DNA of 64,000 nt from Perna viridis (GCA_037379345.1 CM074516.1:33083626-33147625), one strand, 5' to 3'. Positions 25,601 to 41,412 are shown, counted from the first letter of the stretch. A program made the numbers and translations. Notes: a model not told the origin generated them from the letters alone.

Positions 25601-28600
25601 TCGACAAGCAGGTTCAATCAACTTTTTATCAGATAACGAATTTGCTTTTTGCATGTCATTTGTTACATGTACATTTGTGTGAAGTGTAGTATTTGCGCAT
25701 TTAGGTAAGTGTTCAATGATAACCTTAAATTCTTGATTTTAAGTTTTACATTTAATTAGCATTTAATGTGATCAATTAATCAACTATTGCAATTTAAAAC
25801 ATCATGAAAAAAGTGTCTGTGTGTAACGTATTGCCAAAAAATTGACAACTCTGCCTGGGTATAAACCTTAGAAATAATTCGAGAATAAAATATCAAATGA
25901 ATGGTTGGTGCACATTACTTTTTTTATCACCACCCGACAAATACTTTGACACGTATTTTGGCAGAGATTTTGTAAAGTAGGGACGAGATTTAGAATGGAT
26001 ATATTTGTGAAAACTAAATTTGAAGCATTTCATATTGGTTAAAATTGGAAATTGATTAGAAAAAAAAAAACAATCGTTAAACTCCATTCATCATTATTGA
26101 ATATATGTTGGAAGAAGTTTTTGAATCACGTTATCACACCAGTCCAAGTTTCTATCCTTATTTTATAACATTCATTAGTGGCATGAGAAAGCATTTAAAG
26201 TTACCAGAAGCGAGTATCCAGTTTATCGACCTACCACATAGAAACACAATGCAAATGTTCCCTGTAAAATTGGCTACTATTTATAGAAATTTTATCAAAT
26301 ATGACATTCCGAAAAAAGACAATCACCTTATAACATCCGAGCAGATATTTTGTTAAACAAATACTATAATTGAGTAAAATACGATTATCATCAATGATAA
26401 ACAAACACAATGAGTTAGCTAATTTGATAATTACGTGTACCTGTCATAATATAAGGCCCATTAATTACTATTTCACACAATAACTTAAACAAATATTTAA
26501 TCGACAATCATTTTATTCTATTTGCTTTATTTGTTCTTCGTGGTTTGAGAGTTTATTAAAGATGATGTTATTTCTTCAAATAAAAATGATCTGAAATTTA
26601 AAAGAAAAACTTGAACACGGTTCCTTACCAAAACTTCTGATAGTTTTGAAATTTTTACATTCACCAAAACAATGGATTTACAGTTGATTAATCGATTTTC
26701 ACTTTCTCTGTGCGTTTTCTAATGGTTTCTATGTATTGACTTTTTTTGCAATCGGTTATTCTTTTACATTGTAATAGTTTTGGTTCGGAGTGTTAGCAAG
26801 TCCAAAAATTTAGCTTTGAGAGCATGCAAGTGTAGATATTACTAATGGCATCTGATGTGTGCATACAGAATCGCAATCTTGTTTTGGCTGTCGTTAACAG
26901 ATCGCCACAGAAAGACTGACTTAATACACTTTAGAATAACAAACGAGAGTCTTGCTGGATATCATCACCACTAAAAAGTCCATGCGCATTGACTATATAT
27001 GATTTGTTAAATATACTTAGGAACAAACCAGTTTCGTGAACACACAGTCAAGCAAAAATGAAGAGTCTTATATATGAAACGATGGTAAAAAGAAACACGA
27101 AGAAAAGGACATCGTTGAACTATATAAAAGTTGATGGTAACTTTGGTGCTTGTGTCAACTTGATCCCGTTGTCTGTTAGATGATGTAATCAGTTTTGCCT
27201 AAATAAGCTACATTGACCAATCCTCCTAAAATGTTGTTTTATCAGAATAACATTGGTTACTTACTACTGATAAAGCTGATATCTATAATAGGTGATATAA
27301 GCAGACCATAAATCCATAAAAGGATTGACAACTGAAACATAAATTATTTTTCCAAGGTTGCTTGCTTCTATATTCCTTAAAAAATAATGTTGTACCTATA
27401 CTCTGCAAAAAATGAAGAATTCGTCAATGCGGCGTTTTTAGGCAAAATCGGCAATACCATATAATAGGCAACATGAATTGACACTAAAACCGCACCTATT
27501 CCGAGAGTTTCGTGTATAAATACTGAAATAGTTCGTTGCAAGGTTATCCATACCAAACAAAAAAAAATAAATATTTAAAATTTAAATTTCAGCGAGAAAG
27601 TTACAATTATACTGGAACACACGCACTGAGTAATTATAAACATGCAAGTATAATCATCAGAAAAACGTTTGGTGATACTGACCTTGTTAGAAAATATGAG
27701 ATCGCTAATTAAAGCTCAACAAATCAGTCTTCACACGAGAAAAGGGTACTGAGTGTACAGTAGTGCCTTCTCATGGAACTTTTATTAAAATATACTTGTT
27801 AATGGAAATCAGAAACTATTGCAGAAACTCTATTATAGATACAAGACTCAATATTTTATTACAGTCTCACCACATGTAAAACATGACAAATATACAGTTA
27901 TAATAACAGCAATTAAAATTACAAGTGCCATTCTATTAAGAATAATGACTAACTTTAGAATTAAAGAATATATATTACATTTATCACAATAAAATACACT
28001 TATATTTAGTAATATAAAAAAAGTATTCCTTTTACTTAAAATATCAAAGCAGGTCTTGGCAACCATATATTAGCAATTATAGAAATTCGCAATAATTGAG
28101 AATATTCAATGTTACTCTTAATACACAACTGCAAATGACAAATAGACTGCTGAATACTGTGTTTAACGATGACCAGTCATTTTATAACAGGCTCATCCAA
28201 GGTGGGTTGGGGGGGCACATGGCACCCTCTTGTACTCGAACACTTTAACAGCTTATAAAGAAGATTATAGGAAATCACTATAGTGTGTCCCTTTGAGATA
28301 AGCCAACGCCCTCTTTATGGAATTTCTTAATCTGCTACACTTGTGACTCTCGCTGACAAAGCGCCGATTTGCATTTATCATCGAATGATAACGTGTAGAT
28401 TTTGTACACATATCCTTTCTACGCCTACCATATAAAAAATGAAAACAGAAAAAAATAAAACGTTTAACCTTCGACATAACGAGAATTTGAACACGCTATC
28501 ATATACAGCTTCTTTGTGAGGAGTACTTGCCCATTCAAGTGTCATGCAAAGTTTCCTTTCATGACGTTGTTATTGAGGAACTCGGTATAAATGATTAAAA

Positions 28601-31108
28601 TGCAACCTACCGTATTTGGATTTAGTAACCTATCAGTGTTGTAAAATGTAATAAAAAAAAATGGATTAAGGACTCCATCCGTTCAGATTTCAAATACCTC
28701 AGCGAAGCCTTTGTTGCACATTTTTGCAGCAATTGTTTTGAAACACGTTCATCATTCTTACTTGGGTCTATACTTTCAAAAAGTACTGATTTACGAATTT
28801 GTGGTAACCTAAAACCTATCATTGCACGTTGTTTATGCATAGATATCAAAATGCAGTATGAAATCACGCCATTTTTATTACTTGATATACTGATATTAAA
28901 AAGATTTCATAATTAAACAAAGAGGGTCTCATACGAAAATAAGGACTAAATGTGCAACTTAATGCATGCATATTGTCAAAGGTATTTCATATAATACTGC
29001 ATTGTGCACATCATGCAACATATGTCTGCATTTCAGTGTGGAATATGACACACTGCAAAATATTGATGCCAAAAACCTCCTCATCCGTAATTTGTCAGCT
29101 ATTTTTAACAGAGTTTGTCTTTATATAAGTATAGTGATGATGTATCGTTCTCAATTATCCAACGGCTGTAGTACAAACATAGAATTATCTATGCAGAGTC
29201 ATTGTAAACAGACAGCGGTGCTTTGTCTGAAAATGGAGTAATTTTTACCGAAAAAATTCTGAAGTACCAAGTATACATGGAATATATTAGCATTTACAGG
29301 TCTTATATCTAAGTGTTTGTTGCTGTTATACTGCATGTTGTCAAAATAAATGTAAATTGTAGAATACTGCAATATTTGAATGCAATTAATTTACCCATTA
29401 ATGTAAAGTCTCATTTCCTGCTGTTCTTATACTGACGTGGCATTTGAAGTGTCAGCTAATGCATAATAGAAAACTGAATTGTCTTTCATAAAAAAATCTG
29501 ATATCTTTTGTTTTTGTTTTTGTGTCTTTTGTTTGTCTTTCTTTGTTTTACTTCAAATAAATTCGCAGTTAATTTCCGAGTAAATATAATAAAATTGTAT
29601 ATTTTTACTAACTATCGAATATTAGCCTAAATGTGATAAAAACCGCCAATACAATTTAGAATAAAAAATTGTGCGCCAATACGGGATTAAGCCGTCTAAT
29701 ATGAATTTTACCGGTCAAATACGAGATTTAGCCGTCCAATACGATTTTTACCCGTCCAATATATCACACTGACCGGGCTAAGCTCAAATTGGCCTAGGTC
29801 AATATGATGTACTGGTCAATGAATTATGGTATATTAATTGCATAAGTTTTTCCATATTGGCTGCGCTATAATACTATATTCTTGAGGGTGGCTTTCCAAT
29901 TTGAAATACCCCACGCAATAATAAATACCCGTATCTTCATGAGCGTATAATCATTTATAGATACTACCGATTACGAATGGATTTATATACAGTGTTCGTC
30001 AATAGAAACAAAATCAATGGACCATAACGAGATAAATTTCTCGTCTTTGTCATCAATCTTTTAATTATGATTTATTCTGACTTTTATCGTATAAATGTAT
30101 TAAAAGTCAAGCGATTTTGATCATTAATTTTTACCTGTTGTGTTGAGATAGAGTCAATATTAGTCTGCAGTGAAGAGATATACCCGAGAAAAGCCTTATC
30201 GAACGAGACAGCGGTAAACGAATCAATTTCACAACTTCTTGGTTTAAAACTTGAAATATGACTCTGACAAGTCTGTAATAGGGTTTTATTCAAATTTTTC
30301 ACTCTTTAGTTTAGTTGCACTTCTGACTGTTAAGTTGAAAGGAATAAATGGTAGTTCAGGTGTCGGGAGTATGTGAGTATCGTTTCATCTAGCTGCAATA
30401 AAATGTATGCAATTTTAAATGCAGATTGATTTTAATTGATTTTGACACATTATTAGATAAAATAGTGTGCACATGTAGTCTGTATTGTGTTTTTATAATC
30501 GAACTCTTTGGAAAAAGTATCCACTGAATGTTTTCTTTTTAAGTACCCTATTTTTTCTCCAGAATACTAGTAGCATTTTGTTATTCGCTTGCAATGTTAC
30601 ATAAAATTAATTATTCAAGCAGGGGAATGTCGTAAATAGTCGTCTCACACCAGGTCAACGATTCCAATATTTGGTTTTGTGTCCGGTTTGACTATTACTT
30701 CTGTGTGTGGAGGTTCAGTATCCCATTGTTTTGATTAGGTTTTTCAGTTTTGGATATACCCTCAAAAACCACTACCCTTGAATTCACTTAAAACAGCATA
30801 ATCTTACAATGGAAGACTACATTTTTTTCAAGACAAGACATAATATAAAAATCAAAACAAAATGTCAGAAGACAAGAAAGCTATGTCCGAAAACAATGAC
30901 AGAAGCCTAAATACACCAGATTAAGATATAAAAAAAACTGCAACAGAGCCTGATAAAAGAATGCAACAACTTGATAAATCCCCTTTGATCTTATCTAGAA
31001 AGGAAGAAACCTGTTCCGAGAAACAGTACAATATGCTCTAATGATAATGTTTTTGATGACCCGTCAACGATATGTGGATGTGCTAGATTTTTGCTCTTCG
31101 AATCATGA

Positions 31109-31243
31109 NNNNNNNNNNNNNNNNNNNNNNNNNNNNNNNNNNNNNNNNNNNNNNNNNNNNNNNNNNNNNNNNNNNNNNNNNNNNNNNNNNNNNNNNNNNN
31201 NNNNNNNNNNNNNNNNNNNNNNNNNNNNNNNNNNNNNNNNNNN
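31109..31243. other. Assembly gap (135 N)
   Basis: Run of n characters. Confidence 0.99.
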
Positions 31244-32099
31244 TTAAAGTTGGTTGTTGTTGGATTGTGAATTATTACAATCAGAAGTTGTAATACAGAC
31301 CATACAAACAACCTGAAAGTGAAGTTTGACAGTCGTTGAAGGAAATCGAATGCAACTTACTGATTGTTGTTGTAAAATCTGGTTTCAACCTGCAAAAAGA
31401 GAAGAAAAAACCGTCGTGATAAAACCGTCCGTCAATTCGAAGACGCGACAAATATATTTGCGACACCAACTCTTATAACCATTATTTTTTTTTATCGATA
31501 TCGTCGAAACATCTGTATATAATATCGCTTGCCTCCTGTGACATGTGCAAAAGAGCATGAAATAAGTTAATAGTCCCTTAAATGGTTTTGATTAACCCAT
31601 CAGTTTTAACTATAATTATATCGTGGCACGTACAGAACACATTTATCAAACACCATATGCGGAGATTTCATAACTGATATCTAACATACGAAATATGCGG
31701 CCTCAAAATATGTGTGAAAATGAAATGGTCATGCAAAAAAGACTTTACTTAATTAAGACGGATGGGTCTAAATATAAAATATAAAACATACACACGCAAA
31801 GTACAGTGCACTTTTACTTGATTAAATAAGAGAAATTTTTCTCTATTTTAATTATTTCAATTTTATATGAACTTGGTTCTCTCAGCTACCTGAATAATGT
31901 TCTAACAACATTTTATTATTGGGCTTACCTAGTGTGGAGGCTAAACATCGACAAAACAGTACTGAAGCTTCAAAATAAAATGTAATTCAGAAACATCTTG
32001 ATCCCAGTACATTATCAAAACGTGAAAACAGGAAACAGTCATGAATCCACAATGAATAAATGATAGAACAACATATAACTGCACATAAAATTTAATTGA

Positions 32100-32335
32100 G
32101 GGTCAGAAAAAAAAACAAGACGGCAAACACAAAACTACAAAACACTTGCAATAGGAACCCAACGAAAACCCAGGATAGATATTAGGTGCCCCTTAAAGCA
32201 CGTTCTAGTCCGCCAGCGCCACCCGTCATAGTGCAATGGAGTTTTAAAATCCGGTAAGAGTAAAGTTCGGTCGTTGTCAATCCAGAAGACGTGAAGTCTT
32301 ACTGAAAATATTTTGTCTCATCTGCAAGATTATCT
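32100..32335 (-). repeat. Remnant of a PLE-associated 3' hairpin repeat
   Basis: Minus strand ATGACGGGTGGCGC...GGCACCT resembles 8228-8315. The flank tcaatccagaagacgtgaa is shared with the copy at 60710-60870. Confidence 0.55.
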
Positions 32336-32500
32336 AAACTACTTCCGTTAATTGAGTAAAAGGCAATATGGCTATCTGAAACAATGAACATAAAAGCAGC
32401 AACAACGAAAACAAAGATAATTATAATAACATTTCATTGCAACACCAATCTGAACCTTATACGATTGTAAAAATAAGACTACAAAAAAAGGCCCAAATCA

Positions 32501-32624
32501 AGGAGATTTACAAGCATTCGTACACCAATGACTGATAGTATATTTAGGAGATTTACAAGCATTCGTACACCAATGACTGATAGTATATTTAGGAGATTTA
32601 CAAGCATTCGTACACCAATGACTG
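32501..32624. repeat. 45-bp tandem repeat, ~2.75 identical copies
   Basis: aggagatttacaagcattcgtacaccaatgactg at 32501, 32546 and 32591. Confidence 0.95.
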
Positions 32625-32866
32625 TATATTTCTTTATTAATTAAAATAAACAATAATCTGGAACAAAACAATTATAATAGGATGAAGCATTAACATATTC
32701 AGGAATTTGTTAAATCTACTTCGAAATCCAAATTTTAAACAGTCTGCTTTGTCAATAATTGTACAGCTAGACATCGAATAAAGATTCAAATTGAAAAGTT
32801 CTTTGGAATATTGGGTCCTTGAGAGTTAAAGCAAAATACATTCCTATTGCATTAGCAGTTACTTAA

Positions 32867-33079
32867 GGAGGTAGACCTAGGGTAAGAGAAACAACTCTTG
32901 CAAATCATTGGAACGTTTGCATTCACCATTTTACATTGCCTTCATGTAAGCATCAAAGTAACTTGAAGTGATTTTAATTCTGTTTCAAAGGAAAGCTTGA
33001 AAGGCTTGGGTGAAATTGAATATGATACAAACATATGGCTGATGTCAAAAATTATGTTCCTTATCCTTGGTCTACCTCC
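32867..33079. mobile_element. 213-bp Kolobok-type MITE
   Basis: TTAA at 32863-32866 and 33080-33083. 20-bp TIRs GGAGGTAGACCTAGGGTAAG / GGAGGTAGACCAAGGATAAG with RR...YY termini. Confidence 0.85.
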
Positions 33080-36000
33080 TTAATGCAGAAAGATTAGCAG
33101 CAAATCGCGTTTCGCTATACCGTGTATACATGTAAATTGTTGAGAGGAGACCCTGTATTTTATAATATCATACTGCGGCTGATCTTACACTTGGGTACCT
33201 CCAAAATGACAACATTAAGTTACACATATACTGACACTTGCATGCCATATTTATCAATTTTTAGCGTATCGTTACCCCGACCTCTTTATTTAGAATATTA
33301 CTCCTTATATGCTCATGAAATAGCATGCAAGTAATTACCGTCAAATCGAATCACATTCAACTCTTTTAAGCAGGAACAAACACCGTGTACATAATCATCC
33401 TGTGTGTCCCTGACGATTTTGTAACATGAAAATTCATGCATGCAAATTTTAATTGAATCATGACGTCATTTCATGCTAGGTTTACTTCACCGTAAAGTAC
33501 ACGCCGCAAACAACGGTTAACGTTTTTACTGGGTGGCTGTTGCGTTTAATGCTTGTCCGCATAAGTATAATAGAATAATAATCCCAAATGTATTACCTGA
33601 ACAAGTAACATAAATTCCAAATTGACGGGTGGGATCAACGCCATATTGATTTTCTTTCATACTTGAAATAAACACGGAAAGAGTTTTAGTGTCATAGCTA
33701 GATCTTTTAAAATTACGTTAATTCAGATTGTTTTATATTTCCAGTTTATTCTAAAAACTTCATTGAAACAGATCTTGGAGCTGAGTTCTACTGTATGATT
33801 GGTCTCTAAAAATATTTTGTTCGTATGCTTTAACAACAGAAGTTGAACATAATGCGCTATAAGACCGTTTGTGGTTAATGTTACACAAATCGCATTCAAC
33901 TAGTAATTTTATACATTGTACAAATATCTGCACTGTCATCTTGCATGATTGGAGATACTAAGAGAACGCATTCTACCTTATGTAGCAAGTACCACGCAAT
34001 CTTTGTACCACGAAACAAATGATATCGACTGTGTATAACAACCATGCCAGATCATAAACTGTACGCATTTTATTCGTGTGTATCTTGATGCATAACATTC
34101 GATATAGATCAAGGTATACAGAACAACAACTGATGGTCACATCCCGGATACGATTTTAAAATTAAGATACCACTGCCATGGATCTCTAAAGTATAGTCTC
34201 TCTCAGATAAAATGGTGTGTTTTCCAAACCCAAACCGTTCTTAATATATACAATATTTCTAAGCATTCTAGAAGCTTTTATCTTAAGTTTGATTCTAGAA
34301 CATAATAGTGCATTGGCTGTCCAAAGTTAGAAGGTAGACGTAGAAAAACATTATCCAGAATATGCAACATATAAGGAGCTTCGTTGTTTTGTTTCTGCTC
34401 CAAATGAATGTTCCGTCGCTCGAATCTGCTCTGGTCGGATCTTTCCTAATCCTTTTATCATTACTATATCATTCAATTATCATTCAATGTACTCAGAACC
34501 CTCGATCGATGTATACTCGTCGTGACGTCACATCAGATCGATGGATTTCATTTCAAAGCGGATATTGTTCAGCAAAGAAAAATCTCATTAATATATAAAC
34601 CTAAGCGAAAATGCCTGCTTTCATTGGAGTAAAGAAGTAATTATACAAGCTTGTTACCAGCATTGCGTGTGCTTTTACCCAGTTAATTGGTAAAAGACCA
34701 TCCGTTGCAGTAATTAAGGGTTCTACGAACGTGATCGATTTTTGAAATTGTATTGGTTCAATTAAGACACGGTAAATTAAACCAAATTCATCATATTTTT
34801 TATGGTGAAGCGTATAAAGGTACTTCTATTCAATAAACCGTAATATCTTATTGAAATGAGTTACAACTCCGTTGCACTATGGCATTGGAAATTCTTCAAC
34901 GTGTTTACATCTTTTAATGCTGAAATAACATTCCAAAGTTATAATAAGAGACACATGTTGCACATCAATACGATGTCCATTGTAAGCAACACAACACTTT
35001 TTGACCCACTAATACATAATGTCAAAACAGTGTACGAATATAGCTAAAGATTAAGTCCTAACCATGACGTGTAATTAAAGAAAACGCACAAAAAAAATAT
35101 TTCTATTGAGATAAGCTACAGAAACGACAAAAATAGACATGAAAATGTAGACAGAACATCAACACAAGGCATGAGGAATTCGGACCCCAATCAAAATCAT
35201 CAGAATGGCCCATTCGGTACTTAGTATTCCAAACAAGAGAAAATGTTTTTAGTGAATTGCCATATCAGCTTATATTTTCCCATGCATGCACATTACTACC
35301 TTTGAAGAAATATGTCACTGGCTATAAGTAAAATGTACGATGTACTCATCAATAAATATTCTTCTATGTCAACTTTTTGGCGATTGTAGTCTATATAAAT
35401 GTATAATATCTCAGTCTTCTTCTATAGAGTATCAGAAATATACATTATGACAAATCTTAGTTTCAACTATAATAAACGAGAGAGATATAAAGTGCAGAAA
35501 ACATACGCCAAAAATTAAAGCAAACACACAAAAAAATAGACCTCATCAAAACCTTGAACACGATTCTGTTGCACAAAAAGTTGCAAGAACAATGTCAATT
35601 TATCTTAGAATCGTAAAATGCAGGGAAAGGACAAAAGAGAAGGACTCCTTCATAATAGTTTTCTATATTTAAGAATGACACTGTTGAACAGCAATTCAAC
35701 AACTGATAAGACAGGAACAACCATTCAGATAAACGACAGGAGTTCTCAAGATGCATGATAAACTCTATCATCAATTTGAAAAAGGTCACCGCTCTAGACA
35801 TTAAAGAATATCAACCTGCATAGCCAAATGACAGTCCTACTTCAACCATTAGAGTTAAACAATGCATATATGTAAATTAAGTTCTTAAGCCAAAACAATT
35901 CCCTTTTAAGGCTGAAAGCGCAATAGCTCTATATGCCTACACTTATCCATTCCATAATCAAGATTACAATGAGCGTCAAACTATGAAGAGGTTCTGGAGT

Positions 36001-39000
36001 TGCAATAATTGCAGACTCAATCATATTCTACAGTCGGTATACCGATTGCAGATGATTAGATTTCGGAACGATGCAGTACCTAAGCTGCTACGTGTAGTTA
36101 CTATACTTGACTTCTTCAGGTTACATTCAACAAATATAGCCTACCTGCAGAATCCCCACAAGGATATTCAAGGTAGTTAGTACCACAGTTGTCATCAATT
36201 TTTAATGCGTCAAAAAGAAGTACAATAAAAGGGTCACAGGAAAGTTATTAAATATCAAGGGACAACACCAAGAAAAAAAATAATTAAAATACCATGTAAC
36301 CAACACGAATTTTACAATGTACGACGTCTACATTTTAAGAAGCACTTTTTTTACAAATGTCATGTGTGACTTAAAGAAGTACTGTCCTGATGGTCAACAT
36401 TGTTAAAATGTCTCAAATGAAATGGAAACGATATCGCCTTATACTTCCTCTGTAAAGCTTTAGTGATTGGTAATATATCGTATATATGAGATATATCGTA
36501 GTCCATATCGAACTTTTCCTGAGAAAAACGAGTTATGAATTAAAACAAATTGTTTTTTGTCAACTGGTTTATGTAGGTACGTGTATATATCACAAAATGT
36601 ATTCTTCGAGACGAATGCGGCCTAGCATAAGATATAAGTATAAGCGAACAGGAGGCAAAGGACATGTCTCAAATGTGACGAAAACGCCATTCGTGTGTAA
36701 ATATTTGAAGCCGGAAGTAACAACAATAGCAAATATAGGCACTTGGCATCAATCTATCTGCACCGTGTTTGAAAATTTGTCGTCAAAGTTTGTCACAAAC
36801 ATCTCGTCCTTGGTGTCAAGATAAACTTAGATAATACCGGCCACAAAAACCACGTGGTTGCCGAGCAGCCGATGGTCTCGGAACCATCTCCACGAGGGCA
36901 GGGTTTAAAAAGAATCAATAAATGATAAATAGAGAGCTTTTGAAACTTGACAGGATGAGATAAATAAAATTAACAAGTTCATACCTGATTATTTTTTCTT
37001 TTTATCGGGGTCGTTCTTTGATGTCCCCGTGTCTTCCGAATACCTCCGGAATTAAGCGACGTGACCTGAAGGAAACGTAGCCTTACAATTCAATATCTGA
37101 ATTGTGATGAAAATAACATTAATAATATTCGTTGTTCAAAAACAAATGGCAACAATACTATTTAGGATGAATGGTATTTTAGAATGAATATACACATGAC
37201 AAATAGCTTTAAAAGGACAATGATATTTGTCTAAGGGGTCCGTCGACATTATTGAAATGAGATGTAAAAGTTTCTACAGCTACTGTTATAATTTTCTTAA
37301 CGATTTCGCAAAGCAGTATCAACGAACTCTACAACCAATCAAACACACAAACAAACAAAAAAAAAAAAACCAACAGCAAAAATCAAGAACGATAAAGTAC
37401 TTCGTCAAACGTCAGGATGACACCTAATAATGAAACCTCAATAAAGATTAACCAGAAACTGCTTGAATACCAACACGAATTTCATCACTCTCTTACCAAA
37501 GACACCTTTTATCGTTGTAGGTGAAATATTTGCTCAAGTTATGTCGGCAACTGGAAACACTAACGTTCATTTAAAAGCAAAAATTAGCTGAGTAGCATAC
37601 GTATTAACCAACGTAAATAGTTTTAGCGGAATTTAGACTTTTACTCTTAACTTGACAGCCGGCATATCTATGTAAAACGTGTTATTGCCACTGATATTAA
37701 TTTTTTTTATTTGAAATAGTATATTTAGTGTAATAATTGTACCTTAAATTGCTAGATAAAGTGAGCCTTTTCTCAGTCTGATACAGATCTTTTCTGAGTT
37801 GCTCAAATTACAGTACTGGTATGAGTATGTATGTGTAATCTGAGCTATATGCTAAAGATTAAGACCGATTGATTCTATCTGCGTCACTAACAGATCTAGT
37901 AGCATCCCCGTCTGCCCGTCCGTCATGCTTAGGAGGTACCTATGTGACATCTATAGCTAAAATATTATTCAAACCTTGGAGAGTGTTTCAAAACGGTGCC
38001 TGGCTATAAACAACTTAGGCCTATGGACTTCATTATAGAAAAGAATGATGAACTCTCGGACTTGTTTGATATAGACTCCCAGGACGTGGAATGTGAAGAT
38101 TGCCTACAAAAGAAAAATAATGATGTTATAAAAAGTGATTAAATTTGTTTTATAGAAAACTTATTGACAAATCCCAACGTGTCAAATAATTAAAACAAAT
38201 ACATGTAGAAACTATAGAAAGCACTTTGCTATCTAAATCCACAGAGTAAATACGATTCAGTCTCGACAACGAAAATAAATTATGGACACACAAAACCCAA
38301 TCTACAATCTTTTTTAATCTTTAAATAAAAATGTCAAAATTTAAACTACCCTAATTTAAACATAAATATATAAGGTGAATAGTTTTCTATGTCTTTTATT
38401 CTTGAGGCATTTTTCCTATAAAGCATAGTTCAGTTAACAGTATAGGACACATTGTTTGTGTGGGATAGAACTAAATCTAACCACACTCATTGTATACATT
38501 CCCTGGAATTAAGTGACAAGATATATTCTCCTTCTTTCTATGCATTTGTATTTGTTAAAACAAAATACCCCTGAATTTGTTACCTAACAGACAAACCTAA
38601 AATCTAAATGAAACAAAACAGGAAAGATATATGTAACAAGACGAACATTTTTGTATTATAGAAGTATTCTTAGTTTACTTTTTATAGCGTACGTTTATAT
38701 TCTTTGCCTTTTTGATAGTAAGTCGACTGTATATACACGTTTTTCTGTAGTGTATGAGAACTTTATGTATGGATTGTCGCTTAAGAAAAATAGTCGCAGA
38801 AAAATAAATGTAGCGGTCAGTGTTTACAAGCGTTTCTCTAAAATATTGCAATGTTTACGGTTATCTTAGGAGTGTTCCGTTTATTAATTATCTCCAGCTT
38901 TGATTGAAAGGAGCGATAATTAAAAGACAATAAATGAGGGCCAAAAGTTAGGATTCATAAACCTAAATCTCACCAAAAGATTCAGATGAAGCAGTTATTA

Positions 39001-41412
39001 AAATCTACTTTACTTATGTATTGATAAGCAGCTTAATAAACGTCAAATCGATTATGCGCAACCCTATTGCTAGATATACACATGTATGTGGTCATTCTAT
39101 TAGCCTCATGATTTCAGTCATTTTAAGACTCATAAAAGATGCAAAAAACCCCATCATCAAATCCATTAAATTTTTCCTGTAGTCCGAGAAAAGTGAAAAG
39201 TAAGTTCATGTGTAAATAAGATGGAAACATCAGAGTAGTGCCAGTGTTAGTGTAGTCGCTGATGACCATTATAGTGCCTTAAGGACCTTATATACTTTCA
39301 CTAGATTGATCTTTTAAACTTTGCTTTTAGTTCGTCTTTTCTTTTTCATAAGTTAAATAAACACTGTAAGTCGGTGTATTTGAGAAATAGCTGAGTCGTG
39401 CCACGGCAGGGTGGTAAATAGTCAAGTAAACACTAGGCGGACAAAGATTTTCAATTAATAAAAGTGACAGGAGTCCTTTTTAGTTTGTTAGCGTTATGTA
39501 AACAAGACTTAAACTTAATTGTAAACAACTCTTATCACCTTACGGGCATACTTAAATATCAAAAATAAAATGCTGGAGATTTTAAGTCCCGATCTCATTG
39601 GGTTGAAAAGGGCTATTTTGAAAGGAGTTTTCTACAGGCCTTGACTCCTTTACGTACATGCAATATTTATTTTGGCCAACAGAATCAAGTTGTGGTCTTA
39701 ATTATTTTGCTTTAATATTTTTCCATGTGTTAAATCTCTATACCAAACGCTTTTGAAAAAGACAACAGATTAGTGTCATAACTATAATTTGTCAAGAAAA
39801 CAAATTGTTTGAACAACAGTGTCCCAACAAGGAGAAAGCAAATTGTAAAAAAATTCTGAGTTTGAGTACCAAGCCACTTCTGTTGTAGAATGTCCATATT
39901 TTTATAAACATGCATCTATATTACCATTCGTATATACAACACACTGTCTGGTATAATACAGCAAAAACTACTTATAAAGATAAAGTCGTCACGTTTATAT
40001 TTCGAAACAAGAATTGTCTTTCTACTTTTGGGTAAAATGTTTTCTTAAATAGAGCTTGACACAGTCATACTAGACTCTAAAATATTTCATGAAACTAGAA
40101 TAAAACCGCCTGTTGCTACTGGAAAAGTAAAATAAATCATTCATTACTGACTGAAACAATATTTTTCATCGTTATAAACGGTTATGGGAATAACACTTCA
40201 GCGCTTAATTAGAAGGAAAGCTTACAAACCAAGTGATACAAATATACAGTTTTCGACAATGTTGTGCTTCAGTTACATTACACGTATGTAATGGCAATGT
40301 TCTCTCCTCGGATTGTACAAACTTGTATTCGAATTTCCAAGACTGTTCTGAGAACTTTTATGGCTAGAAATGCATTAATTCGTAATCAAAAACAGGAAGG
40401 AGAATAAAAATTTGGATGGATTGATTTCTTGTCAATCATATCTAAGCATGCGCGATCAATACGAATGTTTCCGGTCGCTCGGAAATCGAAGGTATCAGTT
40501 ATACCCATTAAAGAGACTTTTACCAGTTTATGAGAACTAGCACTGATGGTTTCAATGAAATTTCGTTTTTTTTTAAATCGTTGAAGGCAAATAAATGCTA
40601 TATAGTTACATTATAACATTGAAACCCGTTCAAAGTGATGACGTACATGTACTGTATTTGACAATTTCCAATTTCTCTCATTAAATCATACGAATGGAAC
40701 AAAAAACTATATGGACTTTTTTAAAATTCCTAGCATCCCATAAAACAATCGAATGGTATCTTGCTTACATCATGTTTGTGTACTCAAATAGTGTTTCCCT
40801 TCAGTAATGATTATGTATGATAACAGCAATACCTTAGTAACTTACAGAAACAATCATTTTAACAGCACTGGGTGGTGCTCAATGACCATACCGATGGCCT
40901 ACTGTACTACATGTATCAAAAGTCCAACACTGAGTTTTACAAAGGACAAGTTGATATTCTTGTCTTATGTCCGCCTCACTGGAGCCCCCTATGACTTTAC
41001 ATTTGATAAATTACAATATGTAATATTTAACATGTAGATATAATGTAACAGATTTTCAAAGCCTAATCTCAGTGAAAATTTTTATAGTAATACCGAAAGC
41101 ATTGACACTTATTAGATATTTTGCATTGGCTCCATGGCTTTGTACAACTCTTTATTTGTAGTCAAAATTGTTTTATCTTGCATGACAATAATAGCATCGT
41201 TTTGGACTGCAAAAGCATATATTTCTAACAAACCCTATTATAGGTATCCGACTTATCGGGAAGAAAACGAAGAAAAGCACGAAATGACCAAAAAAATATT
41301 TAAACGTTCAGATTTGTACCTTCTGAAATAAAGAATTTGACGGCATTTGATGTTTTGCAGTTCGTATAGAACATACAACAAATACCTTCAAATATCAACA
41401 TATATAATAATA

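Noticed and set aside
30991-31311. ORFs spanning the N run
   Set aside because: Artefacts of translating through the assembly gap.
15844-32624. 57-, 26- and 45-bp arrays as CRISPR-like repeats
   Set aside because: They are head-to-tail tandem copies with no unique spacers and no cas genes, in eukaryotic DNA.
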